Below are positions 37,401 to 49,227 of a stretch of DNA of 64,000 nt, piece after piece. The notes beneath the pieces were generated by a model, which had not been told where the DNA came from, ran no database searches, and saw only the letters and a list, made by a program, of their open reading frames with translations. Position 1 is the stretch's first letter; the number at the start of each line of letters is the position of its first letter. A program made the translations under genes and the position numbers. The stretch lies in assembly GCA_017499595.2 (NCBI GenBank), contig CM038999.1, forward strand, positions 124,001 through 188,000, read 5' to 3'. The DNA comes from Psilocybe cubensis (lineage: Eukaryota).

Positions 37401-38814
37401 TGAATTCTCTCCCTCTCGAATAGCAAGTGCGTGTGCGAGCTCAGCAATGGTCAATGGGCGGCGGGCATACATGATCCAAGTAATAGCCCGTTTTGCAAAT
37501 GACGGGTACTCCCCTTTTTGAGAATTGATCCTGTCCATCAAGGAGATATACATTGATTGTACATCGTCGCGGAGTCCGTCTAGACTGTTTGATAAACTTG
37601 TCATGGTGGTGTACCCCTGTAATGACTGTGACCTGAGCGTCGCAAGTAGGAACCTGGGAAAGGATTGAACACGCATTCGAATCGTCATAGATAGAATAGG
37701 ACACGCACATTCCACCCGAAATATTCAATATTTTATTACATATTTCCTCCAAAAAACCCTCGTTTCTTCGCAATATCCGAGCGACACTAGCCGCTTTTGG
37801 TATGGTCTCATGGAGAAATAGACGGATATCCTCATGATTTTGGTCCCCGATGGTCATGTGCACTAAGTCCTGTGGGAAATCGAAAACCTCGAAGCCAATA
37901 ATTCGTGACGTGAACAATAATGATGCGGGAAGAGCTCGGAGAATAGATACGAGCTCAATCTGATCACGATCCGGCAACTCGTCCAAACCATCCAGTACAA
38001 CCCGAACATGTTTGAATGCTGATACTATGTTGGAGAGAATTGTGACCAACTCGGTTGTTGAAGGATAGCTTTGTCGTGTTTGATGCAGATCGTAAAATCT
38101 ATGGACATGCTCTGCAACGACTGGAAGGCCTCTGTACCTTGTGAGCATCTGGCCAATTAGGGACCCCAAATATTTTGATATAGTCCAGGATTCGTTGTGT
38201 CGACAGTACAGGAATAGAACAGCATTACAGCCTCTGTCATCTGAGAGGCCGAATTCCATGAGGTATTCAATGACAATTGCTCTAGAGTTTGGGGATAAGA
38301 TATAAATACAAAATATGTTCATATAAACTCACGCGAGCACGGTCTTTCCTGATCCAGCTATGAACTAGATGATTAGCCATAGAAATCACTGAAGCAAAAT
38401 GATATGCACGCTTTCCGTCCAACAACAGAATACTTCTTTGTACAGATACCCAGCTGTTGAATTGGGTAGAAGACAAAAACCACTCCCCGGTTCCCGGCGT
38501 GCGTTTCGAAAGGGTATCGTAGTGAATTTCTTCTGACCTTATATGTGTTAACCATTGTACAATACCACTAAGTTCTGCCCAAGCGATCAGGTCCTTTGTG
38601 TAAATTGTGCATATTTTGTAATAAATACCCTGATTACGGGAGTGCACATCTCCATTTCCCATATACACCGTCTCCCCCGCAACAATTGTTGGCTTATGGA
38701 GATTGGTGAAGGTGGCATTGGTGTACGCGCGCAAACCTACAAAGGTACCATGTGCTGTCAGCGGACAATCTAACCAGCAGAAGCCTTGGCCAGAAGTGCA
38801 CCTGTTGAAATCAT
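34452..38814 (-). CDS. Fungal NLR-like protein: short N-terminus, NACHT, winged-helix region and ~21 ankyrin repeats
   Basis: Spliced gene with RTPGTGEWFL, Walker A GKP|GSGKT, Walker B VVLDGLDE, WIMYARRPLT..EL..AL, RLVH|HTAYEFL and PLLEYAYQNW, followed by ~21 TAL-type ankyrin motifs. The start at 38814 (MIST|G) is inferred from a 65-nt intron. Confidence 0.9.
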
Positions 38815-39316
38815 TGAATTGTTTAACGTGCTTATTTCGAATCTGGTGTGCTGGTAATTTATCGTGGTGGGTGGGAAGGCGTTTTTGTGATCACTTCCAC
38901 ACTCTCAGATATAAGTCTTGTACTCGGTGCACTGCCCTTGTTCAGCGGTGTAGGTGTCATAATTAAAATAGCCCATTTGCAGTGTCTTTCACTACGATCA
39001 TGTCGAATAACACTTTAAATAAACCTGTGATGTATCCTACTATGGGTACACCTACCTGTAATTGTAATGTATTACCCACGCTTGATGTCTATTAGTAGGA
39101 CAATCTACTGTTCCAAGGAGTGTCGCTGTTATTAGTTTCATTTCCAGAGCTGGTGATGTGGAGTCAACCTTATTCTTATAAATTATTTCACTCAAAGATA
39201 AAATCCACACTGTCATATACTCGAGTATAATTGACCAGTAAGAAGCTCTGGAATGGTTTTAATTCAACCTTGTACTTTACAAAGAACAATTGGCACGAAT
39301 GTCTGTAACCTCCGAA

Positions 39317-39625
39317 TCAGTCCCTTGGGCAGCAAAGGGCTTTAGTCGTGCCAAATGCGCAGCAGTTGCCGTTTCCGCACTTGGATCTTTCGGTTTCGAC
39401 GTAGTTGTTGTTGCATCCTATGCAAACTTGTGCAACCCTTGACCAACCGACGTTGGTGCCTTTGCATGAGCCATTACAGATCGGTGCAGTGCCGGACCAG
39501 TAACATCCCATGGCTACGAGTTCGGTGTCGGAAAAGGCAGAATAATCCGTCGCTTTTTCAACGTTTTCAGTTGCAAACGCGACAGGGAAAACTACCATTA
39601 AGAAGAAAGCAAAGGACAATTTCAT
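39317..39625 (-). CDS. Small secreted 10-Cys peptide, copy 6 (102 aa)
   Basis: Starts at MKLSFA. CCAFGTTKALCCP subtype. Confidence 0.92.
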   Translation of the reverse strand: MKLSFAFFLMVVFPVAFATENVEKATDYSAFSDTELVAMGCYWSGTAPICNGSCKGTNVGWSRVAQVCIGCNNNYVETERSKCGNGNCCAFGTTKALCCPRD

Positions 39626-41767
39626 GCTGCTAAATTTTGCCGTCAAGATTATGTTATCAGTTTCCCTCTAGACAGTAAGTGGAAAGTGAGCTGTGAGATG
39701 AACTTACAATTTTTCTGAAGTTATCGCTTGGATAATCATGATGGTTGAATGGTATCTTTATAGGAAAACCACCTGGAGGTATTTTTATATACTAATTAAT
39801 TCGTGAGGTTCCGTTCTTAGTTTGGCTGTTACCTTAACTGATAGATGCTAAAAGAACCTTTCTACGAGACGCCAATGTCGTTCAAGCAAGCATTTGTCGA
39901 TCCCTGTCTCCCATCCCTTTGAAAACCACCCCGCCCGATCAGAACAGTACTCGCGATCCGGTAGAAATTGCTGCCCCGAATCGGTGGTACAGTCTCGAAA
40001 GTAAATAACAAGAATATGTACTACTCCTATCCAATGGAAAACGCAACTCAGAACGCATTCTCGATAAGGTAACGAGTAGTCTCAGATAATCAATAAACCT
40101 TTGGCATACGCTTTTGTCAAGGTTAATTTACATGCATTCAAATTAAAATACGGCCATGGTTCTGTTGTATAAGAGAAAATGTTCAGATGTGCTTCCTTGT
40201 AAGTTTTCGTAAAGCAGATATCTCCACACACTCTCCCATAGTACTTCACTGTTACCGTACTGATTAGTAGTTCATATCACAGTATGTGTACCATCGATGT
40301 ATTTTTACAAGTGCAATGGTCACCAAGGCACTGAACAGCTCATGTAGCGTGCGGTGCACGTGGTGCTGATGGGTAGTTGCAACAGGCCAATGAAAGTTCT
40401 GAATAGAAGTAGCATTCTTGACACTGTCGATCAACTTCTTTGTATTGACAGTGAGGAGGCATATTAGTAAGATTTCAACGTTCAGGCCTCAGGCATCTAC
40501 ATGATTTCGTTATAAGATTGGGCTCATCAGGAACCAGCACCCCCTTAGGTAAGCAAAAGTTGGCTAAACGGAGCTCAAATCGTCTCGCTTCAAGTGTTTA
40601 TGCAACACTTTTGTGCTAATTTCCTCCCTGACTGTGGCGTAATCCTACAGTGTGCTGTATTCTAAACCGAGGATGTATTGGTGTGGGTTCCGAACAAGTT
40701 TGAAAGAATGCAAATAAAGTGTTGCATACGCACAAAGATCGAGATTGACCCCTTCAAATCCATCCATCATCGTTCTACCTCTTGCACCCAGACTCTGATT
40801 ACCCCTATCAGTTCCCTCTTCATCTTTCTTTGCTGTCAGCGATCCTCATGCCCAACCACACAAACTTACTTTCGCTTACATTCCATCACTGTCAAGGTGC
40901 CGGTCCAAATGCATACATGCATTCATATCGAGGGTCTGGTGCCTTTCCTACAGTCTTATCCATATTCATGCATCGTTTATGTTCGTTTATGACTCCCGTG
41001 AGCAAACAAATGTCCAAAAAACCAACTGAGAATGATAAAACAGACCACGAGATCAAAACACTCAGCTGGGTGGGGAAGACAGCGAATCTGTCCGGCGGTG
41101 AGGGTCATCAGATGATGCCGAGGTGGTGGCGGCGAAGATAATACATGCTGATCGGAGCTACATGGATAGGTATTAGGATAGTGAGGACCGAGGGGAGGTT
41201 TTGGAAGATCCAGAGCCAGAGTGTACAGATTCAAAAGAACCATATGAGAAATTTTCAAAGACCAGACTCAACAGCCAAGGGTTGACTAGGGTCTTCTCCC
41301 AAGTTCAAATATACGCCATACCCCAACCCCCAGCCATCGTGCCGTCCCCAACCATCATACAATTAAAGCGAATTGTCGAGAGCCCCATCAATCTCATCAA
41401 ATGGATAGTTCACGAGTGCATCAACACACACGTTTCTTGAATTGGAGGAGACTATTTCAGGGTGGGATGTGGGAGTGCGAGTGGTGGTGTTGAGATTATT
41501 GATGTCGATGGTACGTTTAAGAGAGTCTAAAGAAACCCTGAATTGATTGGGTGTCTGCTTGGAAATGAGGATGAGAGTGGAGTTAAATTGGGTAGAAGGG
41601 TCATGACGCAGACGAGGAGATAACGAAGGAGGGGAATAAGGCTCCCGCATGTGTGGCTTCTGGGATATGCAAAAGCTCCGTGGTGGTGGAAAAGTAGTCA
41701 GTGGCGAGCCCCGAAGCTTCGTATTTCCATTCTCGGTCAACAAACCGTCGAGCATTCGGCATATCTG

Positions 41768-42002
41768 TGTGATGACTCGCTCGACTACTAGATTCCTTGT
41801 TTAGTGTAGACTCTCGTGACTGCATGTATAGATTAGATAACGGACACTATCGGTCACTCTAGTTAGGTGTTGGATGATATGTATTTCTGATTTGACTGAC
41901 TATTTGGCTGACAAGTTTGTATGACTCGTTTAACTACGTAGTTAGTTAGCTTCAGAATTCTTGTCGTATATAGTTCTCGGACTCGTCGAGTTGATTCCTC
42001 AC
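41768..42002. repeat. Possible solitary/relic LTR
   Basis: Ends TGTGATGACTCGCTCGAC ... GTCGAGTTGATTCCTCAC form an imperfect terminal inverted repeat and the size is LTR-like. No partner LTR or TSD was found. Confidence 0.3.
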
Positions 42003-42910
42003 GGAATCAACTCAGTGCCAGATTCCAAAATCCCATAATCCATTTCGGGCACCTTCTCCTTTTGTATATTTTGAGTCTCTGACAATCTGTTGGACAGTAT
42101 CTGACTGTTATTTATGTACTTAAATTCCGGCTTTCCATTCATCTCAAGGTTACAACTTGACTGTAATAAATTATAGCTGTGCTTGATGTATTTAAAGCAT
42201 AACGAAGTAGATGTCAAAACTTTCCTATAAAAGAGAAAGTTACGAGTCTTTACGTAAGTAAAGATGAGTTCTTTTATCCCCACAACCCAGCGAGCAAAAA
42301 TGTCCTCGCCAATTGTCCCCATCAAAATATTATTGATGCGATCAATGTCGTTACCGCTATCGGTATTTTCCTTAAGCGGTCACCGGACCCCCTAAGCAAC
42401 CCCTTTCCAATTCATTCTACGACTTCTTTTTACCATTGGTTACTTTAAAGGTTGTTTTTGATTTGTTTTGATCGCAATGTGAATGTGCGTTTCCATAAAA
42501 TTAATTATACCCAACAACAATAGTCCTACTCAATTCACTTTTTTGCGTTGTTGTTTAATTTTTAAAACCATGTGGAACCATCTAGCCAACATGCTTATAT
42601 ATTGTACTAATACTTAGAGATGGAACAAATGCACTCTTTGAACTATGGGTCTGAAAGGTTGGAAATAGAACTGTGCAGGCACACACGTTCCTTGATATTG
42701 GTAGCTTCATCAATCAGAGTTCAAATAGAAATAATTACGTGTTCTTGGGTTCTGGGCGTTCTGTACTATTTGAATTTGATTTCCTGATTCATGATCGTTT
42801 CTCACGCATACCAATTTGTTCTTCCCCTACGTCGGGCATCTATTGGCTTACAGTTAATATATTTATTGACGTAGTATAGACAATGCACTTTTCTCCGCAC
42901 TGTTTTACCC

Positions 42911-45866
42911 ATGGCTTCCGCGTTATCCCCCCGTTTCCAACAGTATGTTCACTGTTTTATCTCATTTGGTTATTACTTATTTTTTAGAGTCTTTCCGCCT
43001 CCCATGGACGATGTGTACATGGATCAGATGGATCTGATAACCCTCTACCGTTTCTCTTAGACTTGCAAGGAGCTAAACGACAGCGTTTCGGGCTATATGC
43101 ACCGCGCCTTCCGTCCCAAAAATTTATTTGCTCCTATCTTCAAACCCAATGAACATTTGCTGTTTTGTCTTCTCTAGTTCAAGACTGGCCTGGTTATTTC
43201 AGGTTCCACCGTTTTGCATTTTACTTGTTTTAGTGGTCCAACGCAAAGCGTGGCATGACAAGACTTTACATCTCACAATTGTATAAAATATTTTTTAATC
43301 TAGATTTATATAACATAGTTAATATATATTAATATGTTCTGAATGTACAGCCAGATACTGGGCAAGGTTATGATTAATTACTATGACTTAGGTCTACTAC
43401 AAGCTTAGTTGTGTCAGACACAAAAAATAGCTGCACAGGTTATAAGGCCTAATTGTAAGGAAGAACTTGTCTATTATAATTTTCATACCTGCTAAATATT
43501 GAAGAATTTCAGATCTGCTGGGAGAATCCCGTATGGAAAACTGATGGAAGAATGCTCATGTGTATGGCTGCCCAAGTGGGGACATATTTCCCATAAATAT
43601 AATTTTCTTATTTTTGAAAAGTGCATCAAGAGTGAAACAATATTGTGTGCAAAAACATTTGTTTGGTGCGCATATTTCTTTTTGGCATAGTTTGATGTTG
43701 CTGTGAACACAATTGGCTGTGTGGAAACATATTTCAAGCATAATTTGCAAGTGTTAGTGTATTATTTCTTCCCCAAAATACATTCAATGCATGGAAAACA
43801 TTATTCAAAATGACCATCCCTTGACCAAAGTGGCCAGTGCTCAATGCAAATTGAGTGTAGTGACCGTGGGAATATCCTGCGTACAGTGTGCGCAGGATAT
43901 TCCCACGACCTGCTTATTAATTCACGGCCAGTACAAACACCACAACAAGTAAAATATAATAAGATCATCTAAACTAGGACTGAAAATAATTATTATTGCC
44001 AAAAATACTTGTATTTTACCTAAAGTATATGCAATGCATCTCAGTAATATATCAGGAATTACCAGAGAAGTTCAAGTTGCTCAATGCAAAGTGCGGCAAC
44101 CGTGAGAATAACTTGCATACACTATATGCAAGTTATTTCCACAGTCTGCTTATTAATTCATGGCCAGTATGAACAGCACAACAAGTTTAATATGACAAGT
44201 TATTTGAAGTGGCATTAAAGATAATAGCTAGATACATAATGTTTATTATTCTTTATTCTATGCCACCACAGTCTGCTAGTCATTCATGCTAAATTTTTTT
44301 TGATAACAATAAAGCATTCTATTTACCTCTACTTGCCATTAGAGGTGTATAAAGCATGCAAAACAGTTGGTATGTAATTGATTGTGACTAATTAATAGCC
44401 TTAAATCAGTTGAATGAGGTCATTATTATAAAATTTTTGGTTATGAGCGATGATTATCTGCGTCAAAATGTTTAACTTGCAATTAAAAAGTCATAATGTA
44501 ATGGTATCTAATTTTGTTTTCTACCATATGGCAGCTAACCTATCTACCTAGCTAATATCTAGTATTTTAATTTCCATATCCCCTTGGTAGGAACAAAAAC
44601 TAACAGAAATTCTATGATAGTAACCGATTATTAAGTCAAGCATACCGGTTAAGTAAAAAACCGGTATTAATCACGCAATTTTGATGGCATCAATGATTTA
44701 CTGATGGGGACAATTGGCAAGGACATATTTTTGTACAGTGGGTTGTGGGGATAAAAGAACTCGCTTTACTTACATAAAGTTTTGTAATCAATCGTGCTAA
44801 TATATGGATTCCGGGTGACATGGACATGTATGTCGAGCACAGATATGCTCTTCCCGTTCTTTCCTGGATAATGTCCATTGGATTTACTATCATGCCGCAT
44901 CCCAAATATCCGGACAACACCATAGCGGAAAAAATTTTGAAAATGGAAAAAATCGTCCTTCAGAAACATCCTCTTCATTGACATTACAATACCACTGGAG
45001 TGGTCGTTAACCTATGGTGCCAAGGTTCTTTTGTCCAACTGATTACGACTTGTCAATCGGTGGTAGAGTACATTTTGGGGTATCATAGCAGTATGTCCCC
45101 AATGTCATGTGTCAAAACAATGTTAACTTCAATTTTGTTCTACTGCAGCCGGCGTCATGAATTTTGTTACCTTTGAGAAGGTGTACAGCCTGTATCCAAA
45201 TGCTACCTTTGGACATCAAGTCTCTCTATTGCAACCTTCTGCCAACCTCAAGCGCGCGCAAAAATTTCTTGCAAAATATCATTCCCGTGGCTTGAAATAT
45301 GTTCTTTCCATTCCATCGCAAACTTTGAAAATGGACCGCCATATCCAAAGCAGGATACAGTCTATCAGGGACAACGTAAATGTTGGGTATAGTTCATCTC
45401 GTGGTCATGTTCTCGTTGTGCTGGATTACGATCCTTATCCAGAGTTGTTCTCTTCTGGGATTAGATGGGTTGGCAACAGGCATTGTTGGGTTTATTCTTT
45501 GCCTCTTTTACCCAAAGCAAATCAGACTTCCTTTGTTGAAGCCAATTTGTGGGCATTGTTGCTCAATGAATTTGATTATTTGCATTTTGGTGTCCGTCGC
45601 ATCAGCGGTATCGCATTAGATTTTCACTACACAGCGGCAAATGTTTACCAATTACACAAGTGTGTCAAAAAAGCTATCAAATCCTGGGAAAGGGGTATAA
45701 GGTGTGTGCTCTTTAGTTTTAGTATTTGTCAATTTAATTCCTGTAATGTAGGCAAAAAGATGACCGTGTACATGCAACTGTTTTGTATTTGCTATCCAGA
45801 AAGGCAGATATTTTTTGGTTGCATTGCCCTCAACCACAAAGCCTCTTGTGGAATGGATATTTGTAA
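42911..45866 (+). pseudogene. Decayed F-box-like + nucleotidyltransferase-like gene inside the outer element
   Basis: Reconstructed as PPPMDDVYMDQMDLITLYRFS*TCK...TGLVISGSTVLHF|INRANIWIPGDMDMYVE...VQLITT...ILGYHS|..VMNFVTFEKVYSLYP. It has three in-frame stops plus the nested insertion. GS...DxD spacing suggests a pol-beta-type NTase (inference). Confidence 0.6.
43223..44786 (-). mobile_element. Nested, inverted non-coding element of the same Helitron-like family (inner)
   Basis: 44690-44786 is the reverse complement of the outer 5' end and 43223-43272 is the reverse complement of the outer 3' end. Removing it restores the host frame (LHF|INR). Confidence 0.78.
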
Positions 45867-46219
45867 TTTCTTCCATCCTTAGTCAAATTTTTGTTCGAAA
45901 TAAACTTGTGTTCTCGTCCTCATTCTTTTTGTCTTAATTTGTAAGTTTGACTTGCAGATGAGCGTGGGAATATCCTGCGTACAGTGTACGCAGAATATTC
46001 CCACGGTCAACCTCTCCCGATATTCAGCCGAGTGTGGGAATATTCTGCGTACAGTGTATGCAGGATTCTCCCATGGGGTGCCAACTAACACCTTCAGATA
46101 ATTTCTGTCATGAAAATGACTTGACAAATTATTCCTTGTTATTTACAATATTCACGCAAATGGATTGATTGTTCGTTCAGCACATTTATGATATCCTTGT
46201 CTTTCTATGTACATATGTA

Positions 46220-47194
46220 TTAATCTTGGGACATAGTATTGCTATTGTGGACTGTGTCCTCATTTAAGCGCATACGTGCCATCCTCTGTTGCGTGTCTTC
46301 AATGTCAATCTGACCTTTGTACAGCTGCCTCTTTGTCCTACACAAAACAGCAACCTGTCTTTTTGCTGGAGTATAGCACGACCGCATTCTGAGAATATCA
46401 GCTTTCTGTTGGAAGTTATGAATGGCTATGAGACTGTTCAATGTAACATTGCTTACCTCTCTTGCCTCCTGGTCCAAGACAAGTATTCTGCGAAGAGCGA
46501 CAACAAATTTGTACTTGTTTCCTTGGGCAGGAAATGCAACAAAGGCAACACTGATCTCGACAATGTCTCCAATTCGTATGGAGGCAGGATTATAAGAATA
46601 ATATCTGTTGCAACATGATATTAGTTTGGTTGTGATGTGTTGTTGGTATTTTCTAAACATACCTGGCTGTTCCTTCAGGAAGTATCTCCTGACGAAGAAA
46701 CTGTACCTTGTTATCAATTGCGTGGATGAAACTGTCCCCTACCATGGACGCCAACACGTTATCAGGGTCAACCAGGGGATGAAAACCTATGTTGTCAGAT
46801 TTGTCTTGATATGCGGATACCTTCGTGAAATATTGGCTATGCGCATGGAAAACATTGAAACCTGTGTCTTTGTGAAGAACTGGGTCATAGCCGCTGACGC
46901 TGTCCGCGGGAAAATTGTTTGCAAAACGGAGGAAAACTTCTTCTAGCTTTTCCATCACCTTATTGAACACAATGTCTCTGAGTCCCGTGATAGCAATGGC
47001 GGTACGTAAATATGGTTGTTGCTTGACCGTTCTGTCGCAGCTGTAACAGTCCTCATTTGTAATTAATTCACCTCAATGGAGTGGACGTATGAAGCAGGCT
47101 TTGCCATTGGTGGTAGCATCTTGTCACTAACTATGCCTTGGAGTCTGAATATCACTTCGTCCATTGCACCGATATCCACGTCAAAGTTGGACAT
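46220..47194 (-). CDS. Uncharacterised spliced gene (DEVIFRLQG...VDP...GDIVEISVAF...LRRILVLD) inside the outer element; possibly OB-fold-like
   Basis: ORF pieces 46653-46970 and 46220-46600 plus an upstream exon are joined by GT-AG introns. The C-terminal half is beta-strand-like. It may be 5'-truncated at the (AT)n tract at ~47195-47228. Confidence 0.55.
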
Positions 47195-48165
47195 ATTTAT
47201 ATTATATTATATATATATTATATTATTACAAAGCGTGACGCTGAATCGTAAAGACTCGTCATGCCACGCTCCGCGGTGGCCCACTAAAACAAGTAATGTC
47301 AGGATACTGAGACGGTGTGCGGAGTTCAAATATATGGCCATCATTGGCCACCAGCCACACTCGGTGCTCGACGGCATCACAAAAATAACTCAACGAAGCC
47401 GATTGGTGCCGACTCAAATACGTAACACAATCCTGCAGAACGTCGCGTCTACCTTGTACGGGACGAGCCCTATGACTCTAATAGAGGACTCGCAACTTAA
47501 ACTTTTACTATATTTACATAACCATCCAGCGAATCTACACATATATTTCACCTTCTTCACCCTTCGATATGGCACGAGGCCGCTTTTAACTGCTAATATA
47601 ACCCAAAGCTCGTAATAAATCCCCGCATTGTTGCTTTCTTCCCAAGAACCCCGTCTTGCACTGTAACATAACACAGTTCATGTCCTCTCGCACTCGGGTA
47701 ACTGGTGAGCATGTTAAGGAACAGGTACAACACTCCATCTTATCCGCACTCCCTCTTTGTACTTGCTCACCTGTCACTTTAGGGGAATGTGGCCTTTAAA
47801 TTGGGCGACTACGCATTGGCAAAATCTCTCTATACACACGCCATGCGTTTTGACCCCAAGAGCCATATCTACCTACTCAATCGACCCTTTGCGAACCTGA
47901 AGCTTAGACGGTAAGATCTTTCTCATCTTCCCCAGCGTCGCTGAAACATTGATCATCATCGACTCCCAATAGATGGGAAGAAGCGGTCGTGGATGCAAGC
48001 AAAGTCCTCGAACATTCCCCATACAATTTGAAGGCCCTATTAAGGCGATCACAAGCTCATAGGGAATTGGGACAGTGGTCGGATGCAAAGAAAGGTGTGA
48101 TGAGTTCTTTTGAACACCGACTTTTTATTGCAATTAATTGAATCACTTCAGATATCCAGACTTTT

Positions 48166-49227
48166 ATGGCCCATGGAGGAGATTCCCAAGTTGCTAGTAA
48201 AGAATTAGAGAGCATCACAAGCGCACAGGAAAGCAGTCCAGTACCAACGTCAACGCAGAAGCTCGAACATGCCATGGCTCCTCTATGCAGCGAGATGCTA
48301 GTTGACAACCACCCTTCTTTTATCATCAGCAACTCCACCTCTATACCCAAAGGTGTCGGTGCATTTGCCACACGAAATCTTAAATGCGGAGAATTGATAT
48401 TATCAGAAGTCCCCACATTCACCATCTTGGAAAATCTTTCTGAACGTGCAAAGGTTGCCTCAATTGAGTCGGAGGTCCTTTCACTTTCTCCAGTTATACT
48501 TAACCAATATCTGTCCCTCCATAATTCACATGATGATTGCGGCTGCGACCGAGGCAATTCAATCATAGTCGGAATATACGCCACCAACACTTTCACTTTA
48601 ACTGACAATAAAGCAGGAATTTGCATGAAGTCGTCCAGGTTCAACCATTCCTGTGCGCCAAATGCACGATACTCCTTCAACGAGCGCAAAGGACAGATGA
48701 CAGTGCACGTGTTGACTGATATCAAGAAGGGCGAAGAGATCTTTGTCATGTATATCATGGGCAGGGGTCTCTATGGGACACCTTCTTCGCGCAGGCAGAA
48801 GGTGCTAAGACAGAGGTACCATTTCACATGTGCATGCAAAATCTGCTCCCTTCCACCCGCAGAAGCAATGATGAGCGATTCCCGGCGCGAAAGGCTTGAT
48901 GTTCTGTGGAACCTCATACCTCGGTTTACGCCCACGCAGGGAATTCAGCGGCTGAAAGTCATCGTCCAAGCCGTGCAGTTGATGAAAGAAGAAGGGTACC
49001 ACGCAGATGCAGATGATTACACAAACGATGCGGGTGTGGTGTGCGCATACCATCGCGATTGGGAATCAACAAAGTACTGGACGGAGATGACATATAGGAT
49101 TAGGGTTGAAGAGTTTGGAGAGGATAGTTCGAGGGCTGAGGAAGTGAGAGCCGCATATCTTGATCCAACTTCGCTTCCGATGGCCGGAATGGGGCCGTAC
49201 TTGCCTTTCAATCATATTCGACTATGA
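48166..49227 (+). CDS. SET-domain lysine methyltransferase (SMYD/Set5-like), intronless, 353 aa
   Basis: KGVGAFATRNLKCGELILSE, RFNHSCAPNA, IKKGEEIFVMY, post-SET FTCACKIC and a helical C-terminus. Confidence 0.9.
   Translation: MAHGGDSQVASKELESITSAQESSPVPTSTQKLEHAMAPLCSEMLVDNHPSFIISNSTSIPKGVGAFATRNLKCGELILSEVPTFTILENLSERAKVASIESEVLSLSPVILNQYLSLHNSHDDCGCDRGNSIIVGIYATNTFTLTDNKAGICMKSSRFNHSCAPNARYSFNERKGQMTVHVLTDIKKGEEIFVMYIMGRGLYGTPSSRRQKVLRQRYHFTCACKICSLPPAEAMMSDSRRERLDVLWNLIPRFTPTQGIQRLKVIVQAVQLMKEEGYHADADDYTNDAGVVCAYHRDWESTKYWTEMTYRIRVEEFGEDSSRAEEVRAAYLDPTSLPMAGMGPYLPFNHIRL

Larger units (their letters stand above)
42241..47294 (+). mobile_element. Non-autonomous Helitron2/Helentron-like element (outer) carrying two genes
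   Basis: Asymmetric inverted repeat ACGAGTCTTTACG (42242-42254) / CGTAAAGACTCGT (47247-47259), GC-rich hairpin at 47263-47280, 3' end ...CCACTAAAACAAGT and no TSD. Both ends recur in the nested copy. Confidence 0.75.
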
